Origin: Guillardia theta CCMP2712
Taxonomy: Eukaryota > Protista > Cryptophyta
Direction: 5' to 3'
Length of the DNA stretch: 64,000 nt
Assembly: GCF_000315625.1 (NCBI RefSeq)
Contig: NW_005434640.1
Span: 21,439 to 85,438, forward strand
Under the pieces are notes generated by a model. It was not told where the DNA came from. It made no database searches and was given only the letters and a program-made list of their open reading frames with translations. Each line of letters starts with the position of its first letter. Position 1 is the stretch's first letter. This document shows positions 49,016-58,272 of the stretch, piece by piece. Made by a program: the position numbers and the translations under genes.

Positions 49016-49667
49016 AGAAGGTTAAGGATAACGACGAGCTGGAGGAGGAGGAGCAAGGGACACAGAAGGATTGCTAGTGAATCAGGAGGAGGAGCGGGGG
49101 GAGGGCAGGACGAGGGGAAGGAGCAGCAAGGAGCAGGCTGAAGAGGACTCTGTGTCAAAATCAAGGCAGAACTCAAGTGCAACAAAGGAAGGGGACGGGA
49201 TCAGCAAAAGCAAACATAAAGAAATATTGGTGTGAAAGAGGGAACAAGTGAAGCTGCGACGATAAATGGATGCATCGCTTGCGAGAAAAGACGAGCTAGT
49301 TAACAACGTTATTCCATTCCAAAAGACCCGAGGTCTGCGCGACAAGGGCTGGAGGGAACTAGACATATCAGAAGACAGGTGGAGCATATGATCAGGGATA
49401 TCGACAGGAATTTGTGGATATAGAGTTGATACAAGATGAGTGGGTTCAAGGAAGACTGCGCACGGCTCGACATAGTCTACAAGATCCCATAATTCTAAAC
49501 TCGTATGAGGTGGATTGACATATCTTTGCCTACAGGGATGGTGTCGATGCTATGAAACTCTGTTGAAAGATAACCGCCGAGAAGAGAGCAGGAAGGTGTG
49601 TTGGATGAATGTTAGATGAATCTCATCTGACAGTCTTGTTGGGTGCAGGTAAGCCAAGATAGAATTG

Positions 49668-50242
49668 ATGTCATCAATCAAGTCTGCAGCCAGCAAGGTT
49701 GTGCAAGTGTTGGTGGAGGTTCTGCGTTTGACATCCCCCCAGGCAGCAGACATACTTAGGGACGAAGGCGATCCCAACGGGAAGGGCAGGGGGGCGACTA
49801 AGAAGATCATCTCAGTTGCTCTCTTCTGCCTCGTCAGCATCATCATCGTCGGTATCGTCACCAAGACTGACGACCCGAATCACGAGCAACTCTCGTGGGG
49901 AGATATTTCCATCTCCGGGCTGAGCAGCTTTGCTACAAGGCTATACAGCACGGACAACGCGAGCTCTAACAGCACGGAAAGCACGGAAGGATACAAGGTA
50001 AGGCAACGACGTCAGCTCCTGCCTCACTGATGCTGCGGCTGTTAGCGAGACACCAACACTTCCACGGGAGTAGGCTCAGGTTCAAGATCGAATGAAAGGA
50101 CCCTGAAGTCGCAGGAGGAGCCAGAATGTACGAAGTGTCAGCTGCGCGCTGCCTATCACCTGAGAAAAGGCGCTGGCCAAAGATCTCTGAGAACAGCGAT
50201 GATGAGTAGCGATATTAACTTGAGCATCAAAACAAACAAGTA
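49668..50242 (+). CDS. Hypothetical single-pass membrane protein
   Basis: TM IISVALFCLVSIIIVGIV, N-x-S/T sites, GTAAG donor at 49998; ends uncertain. Confidence 0.4.
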
Positions 50243-50401
50243 AACACTCTGAACATGATATAGATAAGGCAGCTTGCAAGCATGAGTGGCGCCATGGTTC
50301 ACTTTTCTCCAATTTTATTATCATCATGCAGATACAAAAATAAGACTATTTATAATGTCAATAACTCACTTCACAAACTATCATCACAGTTTTCCAGATC
50401 C

Positions 50402-52534
50402 TCAAGCACTGCGTACTGTTTCGATTCCGGCTTCACGCATTAGCACAGCACGTTCAGCAGCAGCCTTGAGGTCGACGTGGGCTCTCCTAAGGGCGATCGG
50501 ATTCGTCTCGGCCTCAGGTGGTGTAATGGGAGAAAGAGATCCATCTTTGCCACTGTATTCCTCCATCCAAGGAGGAGCATTGAAGCCGTTTGACATGGCC
50601 CTCTCCCAGGCAGAGTTGGGAAGGTTGGGAACTTCCCATCTTGACTGCTCCGTGGCTGCCATAGGGATGAACCAAGAGACAGCTCCGGTCTGTGGGTCTC
50701 TCTGGATGGATTGCTCGCCAGGACGAGCACCCTCCAAGTATTCCACAAGCTCTTCCTCCAGCTGAGACGCTGGAAGGTTGCTCTCCAAGAAAGCAAGCAG
50801 GTTATCTCTCCTTGAGGCTGGAAGGCTCTCAGTTGGTTCCACGACAATGACCTTCGGGTCCTTCCTCAGGGCCTCGTTGTCATCGAACAAGAAGGCGTGC
50901 TCAGAAGACAATCCGAGGTGCTCAGCAGTGTCTGTTACTCTCTTGTCCGACGCCGTGACAACAATGACTGGTGGTGTCGTCAAGCCAAGCTCCTGCGCAA
51001 TAGCATCCCTAGCGGCGATGAGTCTCTCCAATGACTTGGAAACATCGTTGGCCTCATCTTCAAGAAGCTCAGGGCCTTGGTAAGCCTTCATCATCTCCTT
51101 GGCGCTGGTGACATCAGATGGAATGTACAGTTGTCCCTCGGAATGCCACTCCTCATTGTACTTTACATTGATCGTGGCGTCTCTGAAACAAGAGCGGTAA
51201 TGGAGTACCTGTGGTCTTCGTGTGTAAATCACAACACGGGTGTCCCTGGACTGCGCATGGAGTTTATCATACGCTTGCCTCACGTTGGGGTTGACAAGAT
51301 GACGATACAGCTCCTTCACAACTGGCTCTGGTTTGTCCATCCATTGAAGCGCAATTCCCAAATCGTTGCCATCATTCCCATAAATTGAAGTCTTGTCCAA
51401 ATCCAACATCAAAACGGATTGCTTGGATTCAGCCTTTGCAGGCTTTCTCAAGTGAACGTCACTGTAATGCACATTCTGACGACCACGCAAGGTAGGAGGG
51501 ACAAATTCACGGTAGAGCTTCATGCTGTTGTCGCCCTGGAAAAGCTTCTCTGACTGACCAAGAGAATGAGTTCCCATGACCTGGGCACTCGATGCCGTCG
51601 CCATCCTTGGGACAGGAAGCATAGCAATGGCTGGCACAGCAAGCAAGAGCAAAGTCGTCAACCTCTGGATACGCCACTGATGCTCGGCCTGGCTCTCCAG
51701 CAAGCATTGTTCTTTGTACATTTGCTTCATTCTCTGAGTAGCAGACGCCACAGCAGCTCTCACAGAGCTGCGAAAATCCTGTCCAACCTGAGAAACTGTC
51801 TCCTTAAAATAGCTGTAGGAAGACGGCAAGCAAGGTCCTGTGGCACCAATACTGGTCGAATCTTCAGCTGGAACATCTAAGAAGGAGAGCTGGATGAACG
51901 CCAGTGTTGAATTCTCTCCGCTCAGCACAGGAGCCACTTGTACCAGGCTGGTAATTTCTTCACACTTGGCATCGCAAGTTGTCAAGACCTCTGAGTGATA
52001 ATACCCACAGCGCCCGGCCTGAATCAGCGAAGCGAGTTTGCTGGTGTCGGTTGAAGGTCCTTGAATCAAGCTCAAAGTCCTTCCTTGCATCTGACTCTGC
52101 AAGAAACCAAAATATGCCTCAAAAGGAACAGAAACATATTCTATTCTCCCATTATCTAGGCGAATGACCAGCTTCTTAGTGCCATCTTCTGCAAACGCAA
52201 ACTTCGACTGGACGACTTCGAGCGTTTGCATTCGGAGGACACACTCATTTTCCTCGCAGCCAACACATTTGTTGACAACGTTAACTTTGACTACTAAGCG
52301 CTTGCCTTCATGGTCGTAAAGAGAAATGACCTCGCTGCATTCAGCATGCAAGGCAGCATTCTTCAACAATGAGTTCAGCAGGGTGATGTCAGTGCAAGGT
52401 CCATTGATGAGGCGAATGCTTCTGCCAATAATTTCACTCCTTGCGAAGCCGAAGACGCCCAAGAAGTTCTGATTGACCGACTTGATACGATTGGGCTGCT
52501 TGAGCTCCACGCGAATTTCCATTTCGTCGCTCAT
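50402..52534 (-). CDS. Tandem PAS (LOV-like) domains fused to a HAD-superfamily FCP/SCP(NIF)-like phosphatase, intronless, about 710 aa
   Basis: VNQNFLGVFGFARSEIIGRSIRLINGPCTD and VSVPFEAYFGFLQSQMQGRTLSLIQGPSTD; HAD motifs VLMLDLDKT, VVIYT, FLFDDN. Confidence 0.82.
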   Translation of the reverse strand: MSDEMEIRVELKQPNRIKSVNQNFLGVFGFARSEIIGRSIRLINGPCTDITLLNSLLKNAALHAECSEVISLYDHEGKRLVVKVNVVNKCVGCEENECVLRMQTLEVVQSKFAFAEDGTKKLVIRLDNGRIEYVSVPFEAYFGFLQSQMQGRTLSLIQGPSTDTSKLASLIQAGRCGYYHSEVLTTCDAKCEEITSLVQVAPVLSGENSTLAFIQLSFLDVPAEDSTSIGATGPCLPSSYSYFKETVSQVGQDFRSSVRAAVASATQRMKQMYKEQCLLESQAEHQWRIQRLTTLLLLAVPAIAMLPVPRMATASSAQVMGTHSLGQSEKLFQGDNSMKLYREFVPPTLRGRQNVHYSDVHLRKPAKAESKQSVLMLDLDKTSIYGNDGNDLGIALQWMDKPEPVVKELYRHLVNPNVRQAYDKLHAQSRDTRVVIYTRRPQVLHYRSCFRDATINVKYNEEWHSEGQLYIPSDVTSAKEMMKAYQGPELLEDEANDVSKSLERLIAARDAIAQELGLTTPPVIVVTASDKRVTDTAEHLGLSSEHAFLFDDNEALRKDPKVIVVEPTESLPASRRDNLLAFLESNLPASQLEEELVEYLEGARPGEQSIQRDPQTGAVSWFIPMAATEQSRWEVPNLPNSAWERAMSNGFNAPPWMEEYSGKDGSLSPITPPEAETNPIALRRAHVDLKAAAERAVLMREAGIETVRSA

Positions 52535-54239
52535 CCCTGAACTCTTCCAAACTGGTATGGTAACCAGCACTTGACAATGTACACACAGCTGCAATATCAA
52601 TCACTCCAAACCAAAGTTGCCTCGGCTGAGAGCTTGAGTGTTCTTCTCTGTCTTCCTCTCCTCCCTTTCACACTGTCATCCCAAGTGCGACTCTCCTCCA
52701 CCCATCTTGCCGCGGATACTAAATACTCCCTGGCTACCCCAATGGTACTTCACCCCCCAAGTTACACCACCCACCTTCCCCCTACCCCCACGTTCGGAGT
52801 CACATTGGACATGTACCCGGTACATTTCCCAGATTTAACCCGACCAGTGTTTCATTTCCTTTATAAGTACCCCATGCGACTCCCTAAATGCTCTAGTAAA
52901 ATAGGTACAATTCATGGACCCCTACCACGGTCACAACTTTTGCCCTCTTGGTCCTCGCTGCTTGCACCACTACCCACCTTTTCAAGGGGTACCCCCAAAA
53001 ATAAACCCTCCCCCCCCCCCCCCCCCCTCGTGCTTACAAGAAGAGGCCGCCTCCTACGAACCTTGATATGACCTGGTGTTAGGAACTGGTAGGATTTCTC
53101 CTTGTTTGTGTACCCAATCATTTCCCAAGAATGCAATTTCGGGGGTGGGTAGGGAAGATATCATCTTAAAACATTTTCTTGGTACTTTATTCGGGCGAGG
53201 CTAGAAACTATATATACTTTATCAGGTACTTATTTTATATCTTAATAAAAATACAATACCAGAGACTGTTATGGGGGTAGGAGAGATTTCGGTAGTGTTT
53301 TGCGACCCCCCATTTCTAAAAGAGTATTTGGATGAGAAAAAGTAATTTGTATCAGAAAGACCCAGAAAAGTTTCTTTATTTGGATACAATTTCTTGGAAA
53401 ATGTTGTTAAAACACAACGAGTGGACATCTATAATCTATTTGTAAGGCCTTTAAAACTAGGCAGAGATGTCATCATGGATTAACGTTTCTCCAGCGGAGA
53501 TTTCCCTAGGGATACCCGTCTCCTATGACCTGTCTAGGGCACATCCTAATACTTTGTTTGGATTGCAAACGGATAAACCGAAATCCTGCCTTTTCTCATC
53601 TCGAAGGGAGGAGAGGCAGTCGGAAACTCATCGAAAAAGAGTGTTTTCGATCTGGTGCGAAGAAGCGGATCGTCATGTACAAATAAAAGAAACAGAGCAA
53701 GTTTCCACCATCCGTCATAAAAGTTTACTCAAGGTAACCTGACCTGTCCCATATGATGACGTCTGACATATTCCATACAGTCCAAATGGAGCTTTCTCGC
53801 ATCTGAAGGGTGGATCCCAGTCGCAAACTCTTCATGTCACTGTTGCGACTGGGGCCCGAATGCCCACTGAAGCTTTTTCGCTGGCACCACTGCCCGGCCA
53901 GTGACCGGGCGAGTCCCCTGCCGGACTGGGCACGACGCCGTTGGTGACCGACCGGACTGCGAGCCAGGCTACGGTCGCCAGTATCATCATAGCATAACTC
54001 GGCAGCATGATCGGACAGTGCACCGCCGCCGAGCCTCGGAGTGGCAGTGCGGCGGCGGACTCGGACCAGCGGCCGCCTGAGCGGCCGCTCGGAGGCTCAC
54101 GACGGTGGCCGGGCCGCCCGGCACCCGTGACTCACAACCGTCAGTAATAACTTACACTGTCACCGTCGCACCGGTCGCTCTCTCAGGTTGACGCCGTCAG
54201 TGACTCACCGTCACGGTCGGAACTTTCGAAGCGTGATCC

Positions 54240-54536
54240 AAAGTGTCGAACAAAATTTGATGTGTTAAATAATATATTGCTTGTTTCAATTAAATTATTA
54301 CTAGTAATAAGTAGTAAATCATTAGTTTCTATCAAGTTATTACTTGTTTCAATGGTGATAATTTCTAGATCATTAGTCTTCTGAAATAGTTCGGATGTCT
54401 GATGATTAAGGATATCTACATTGCTATACAAGACATTGATATTTGAATTTATTTTATTAAAAATAGGCGTGAGAGTTGTGTTATTAGTAGTGCCGACATA
54501 CTGATATAAATTTTGATATCTATTGTCACAAGACAT
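54240..54536 (-). pseudogene. Truncated ORF with TSN-type repeats (viral structural/fibre-like)
   Basis: IETSNNLIETNDLLLITSNNLIETSNILFNTSNFV; AT-rich codon usage; the frame runs off the insert into GC-rich host DNA. Confidence 0.5.
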
Positions 54537-54699
54537 TTATAATAAAGAAAGATAGATAATAATAAAAAAAAGAATATAATTTAGTATAATAATGGTTGCT
54601 GGAAGCGTAATGATAAAGGGGTTTTAATAAAAAGGAGAAAAATAATAGATAATATATAATATATAACATTATAATAGAGTGGGGATAGTTTGGCATCCG

Positions 54700-55065
54700 G
54701 GTGGCGAAGGGTGGCGAAGGGTGGCGAAGGGAGGCGAAGGGGTGGCGAAGGGAGAAGCGAAGGGGACCCTTTGCCATGTTTTAGCTGGATACAAGGGTAA
54801 AAGAAGGGTAAAAAGAGGATATATAGACGTTAGGCGAAGGGGCGAAGGGTGTCTACGGATCTCTCCCGATCCAGTCTGGTAATCCCATATCATCCTGTAT
54901 ATAATATAGAGTATGAAAATTGAATTTCACCCTTCGCCCCTTCGCCTAAATAAATTATGCAAGTTATAGAGCCAAAAAAATAAAAGATAAGAATAATTAA
55001 GCCGTGTGTGTGTGCGAAGGGTGAATATTGGCGAAGGGTGAAATTCAATTATTGCCCTTCGCCTC
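54700..55065. repeat. GGCGAAGGG iteron-like direct and inverted repeat cluster
   Basis: About 6 tandem 10-bp units at 54700-54765, a pair near 54831, an inverted pair at 54928-54949, a pair at 55013-55040, and an inverted copy near 55055. Confidence 0.9.
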
Positions 55066-55936
55066 TTTTGTTACTTATATAACCCTTGAAGGATTCATAA
55101 TTTTAATTAATATTATGTTTTGGCTCTGGCCCACTCCGTGGGTGCGCTCGTTTGTTTTTGTTATTTTGTGTAATAATTGGCACGAATGCGCAGCTATTAT
55201 TTCAATTGAATAAAATATGATAGGGATTTGGTAAGGAAAACAAAGAGCAATGAACAGATTTTTTGATTGAATATAAAAATCATTGAAATTATAAATTGAT
55301 TTATAAAAACAGATAAAAATAATGATTTATTCGCAAAACAGATAAAAATTATGATTTATTCGCAAAAAGTTGTCTCCTCACGTTTCATTACAATTAAGTG
55401 CATGCGGTCACAGCCGCGGCGTACTCTTCTTGAATCAAAGTCACTTAGTTTGAAAATCAGTACGAGCTTCCAGTCACTAGTATCGCTCCGAGGTTCCAAG
55501 TGACCGCCGTTCTGAAGTTCACAGGCTGTACCGTGCCTACCGTACCCGGGCCGTAGTGCGGCAGAGAATTGCAACACGTCACTGAGTCAAGTTGACGGTG
55601 ATTGAGTCTGTAAGAGTCAATCACTCTACTTCGAACTTAACTCCAAAAAGAGTGTGGCCCTCAACTCACGCACAGCCGCACTGGCAAGGGAGAATGTTGA
55701 GCTCGAGGAATGAGAATGCTCAGACAGACTTCATCAGCCGCTTGACATCGTTTGACAGTGATCCGGCGGATGGTCTCGATCTAACGGACTGACAACCTCT
55801 GACTCAGATCAACAACAACGATCGGGCAAACTTAGTCAGGCAAACTTGGAGTTTAGTCAATGCGGTGTCACAACAGGGCCCACAATTGGCAGTAACGCCT
55901 GGTAAGCGGCCAACAGCGACGACATTAACAGGAAAA

Positions 55937-56859
55937 TCTGGTATTCAATCTTTATTTACAACATAACAAGTGTGAAAAGCTAGTTCGTGCACTCTCAATA
56001 TGATAGACCTTCGCGAGCTGCCTGTCTTCATGCCATGCGCCCTGCCTCTCGCAGCTTCTACCGGCTGGTATGCCATGGCGACTCCTCGTACCACCGGCGG
56101 CTCAAAAGCCCAAGAGCTTCTTGTACAAGGTCTTCTTGGCCGCCAACGAGACTTCCATGGGGCCTGTGATAGGCTGTTCGGCTACGTCCAGCCCGCGATG
56201 CGCGGCAGAGGCCATGACGTCGTGGAAAGCCTCCGTCTTGGCTACCTCCACGTACCTCCGCGCTTGTACCGGACCATGCACGCGAGGCTGCACCACAGCC
56301 CCGACGGCATGAGGCGCGGTGAGGTGAGGAAGGTGGGGGTTGAAGACAGAGTCGAGGGCAAGGAGCCGAGCCTCAGCTGGGATTTGATGGGGCATCACAG
56401 CGCCGGTCGTAGGATGAGGCAGATGTGACACGAGCACATCATGCTTGGCCTGGGCAATGGCGAACACGGGGTTGGTGGACATGTTGAGTGATGGCTGAAG
56501 GAGGTAGAGTAGGTCAGAGCAAGTAGGCTTGAAAGGGTAGTCTAGTCGTGAGCGGAGCTGACGAGGTAGTCGAGGATGAGTAAGGAAAGAGCTCGGGAGG
56601 GAGCAAAGGGGCGAGTAGAATGGAGTAGCGAGACAAGGAGTGGTGAATTTATAGGGGCGGGAGGGGAGGAGGCTGGCAGCCTGTAGGTATTTTGGTTTGC
56701 ATTTCCATTTTTAGCGACAGAAGTGTCATCAGAGAGGCGAGGACCTCGGAAACACGTTATTTGGCGCTCCCAAAGAAAAAAACAATCAAACCGCCTCCAT
56801 GCAGGTCAAATCTTCTTGAATCACTGAACCATCTTGTATTTTTGCTCCGGCGACAGCCT
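55937..56859 (-). repeat. Left arm of a ~0.92 kb near-perfect inverted repeat (partner 57140-58062)
   Basis: Base-by-base reverse complement with about 4 mismatches seen. Confidence 0.97.
56102..56482 (-). CDS. 126-aa His/Pro/Val/Ala-rich orphan protein, copy 1
   Basis: ATG in caacATG context, TATA at about 56648-56653, CT-rich leader, C-ending codon bias, AATAAA at about 55951-55956. Confidence 0.75.
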   Translation of the reverse strand: MSTNPVFAIAQAKHDVLVSHLPHPTTGAVMPHQIPAEARLLALDSVFNPHLPHLTAPHAVGAVVQPRVHGPVQARRYVEVAKTEAFHDVMASAAHRGLDVAEQPITGPMEVSLAAKKTLYKKLLGF

Positions 56860-57345
56860 ATAGTACGGTGCCGTACGGTACTACGACGGTACTAGCCTGG
56901 CCTGCGCGGCCAGCCGGGCCGCGGCAGGCAAGGGCCGCAAGTTGCGGCCCGTCCTTGCCGCAGCCTGTCAGCCAGTGCACTCGTGACGTGACATGCCACC
57001 GTGCCACCGTCCGGTCCGTCCCCCGCGGCGGCCCAGCCAACCGGCGTGAACGGTTTCGAAAAAGGCGCTCGGCTATTTGACTGAAAGTAACTTCCGCGGG
57101 GATCACGAATAATTGGACTGAAACTGAGGAAAGGGCCTCAGGCTGCCGCCGGAGCAAAAATACAAGATGGTTCAGTGATTCAAGAAGATTTGACCTGCAT
57201 GGAGGCGGTTTGATTGTTTTTTTCTTTGGGAGCGCCAAATAACGTGTTTCCGAGGTCCTCGCCTCTCTGATGACACTTCTGTCGCTAAAAATGGAAATGC
57301 AAACCAAAATACCTACAGGCTGCCAGCCTCCTCCCCTCCCGCCCC

Positions 57346-57352
57346 TATAAAT
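57346..57352 (+). promoter_or_regulatory. TATA box (mirrored at about 56647-56653)
   Basis: cccctataaattc preceded by a GC box-like ccctcccgccc. Confidence 0.65.
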
Positions 57353-57516
57353 TCACCACTCCTTGTCTCGCTACTCCATTCTACTCGCCCCTTTGCTCCC
57401 TCCCGAGCTCTTTCCTTACTCATCCTCGACTACCTCGTCAGCTCCGCTCACGACTAGACTACCCTCCCAAGCCTACTTGCTCTGACCTACTCTACCTCCT
57501 TCAGCCATCACTCAAC

Positions 57517-57897
57517 ATGTCCACCAACCCCGTGTTCGCCATTGCCCAGGCCAAGCATGATGTGCTCGTGTCACATCTGCCTCATCCTACGACCGGCGCT
57601 GTGATGCCCCATCAAATCCCAGCTGAGGCTCGGCTCCTTGCCCTCGACTCTGTCTTCAACCCCCACCTTCCTCACCTCACCGCTCCTCATGCCGTCGGGG
57701 CTGTGGTGCAGCCTCGCGTGCATGGTCCGGTACAAGCGCGGAGGTACGTGGAGGTAGCCAAGACGGAGGCTTTCCACGACGTCATGGCCTCTGCCGCGCA
57801 TCGCGGGCTGGACGTAGCCGAACAGCCTATCACAGGCCCCATGGAAGTCTCGTTGGCGGCCAAGAAGACCTTGTACAAGAAGCTCTTGGGCTTTTGA
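57517..57897 (+). CDS. 126-aa orphan protein, copy 2 (identical protein)
   Basis: Identical translation; one synonymous difference (GCG/GCT). Confidence 0.75.
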   Translation: MSTNPVFAIAQAKHDVLVSHLPHPTTGAVMPHQIPAEARLLALDSVFNPHLPHLTAPHAVGAVVQPRVHGPVQARRYVEVAKTEAFHDVMASAAHRGLDVAEQPITGPMEVSLAAKKTLYKKLLGF

Positions 57898-58272
57898 GCC
57901 GCCGGTGGTACGAGGAGTCGCCATGGCATACCAGCCGGTAGAAGCTGCGAGAGGCAGGGCGCATGGCATGAAGACAGGCAGCTCGCGAAGGTCTATCATA
58001 TTGAGAGTGCACGAACTAGCTTTTCACACTTGTTATGTTGTAAATAAAGATTGAATACCAGAATTTCTTGTTTGTTCATAGTTCCAATCCAAGTGACTTG
58101 CTGCTTTACTGAGAGGATTTCCAAGTGGAAACATCAGCACGTGTTCTGACTCGTGTTCTATCATGATGAGGGTACTCTGGCTAGCAGTTACTTGACCAGG
58201 CAACACCGGGCAAGACAGCAATCACTTCCTCTGAGGCGGAGGGGCCATCTAGGCCCGGAGAGCAATATAATC

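Larger units (their letters stand above)
54240..55385. mobile_element. AT-rich foreign insert, probable endogenous DNA-virus (Polinton-like/virophage/NCLDV-type) fragment
   Basis: Abrupt drop in GC relative to both flanks; truncated Asn/Ile/Thr-rich ORF with TSNNLIET repeats; GGCGAAGGG direct and inverted repeats. No hallmark viral gene visible. Confidence 0.55.
57140..58062 (+). repeat. Right arm of the 0.92 kb inverted repeat
   Basis: Reverse complement of 55937-56859. Confidence 0.97.

Noticed and set aside
51960-52480. Canonical LOV blue-light photoreceptor
   Set aside because: Both PAS domains lack the NCRFLQ cysteine; kept only as LOV-like PAS.
54700-55065. CRISPR-like array
   Set aside because: Units are 9-10 bp, tandem or inverted, with no unique regular spacers; no cas genes; eukaryotic context.
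56000-57999. 142-aa antisense ORFs in the palindrome arms and the 149-aa ORF across the spacer
   Set aside because: TATA, leader, codon bias and AATAAA all support the 126-aa strand; the others are shadows of GC-rich sequence.
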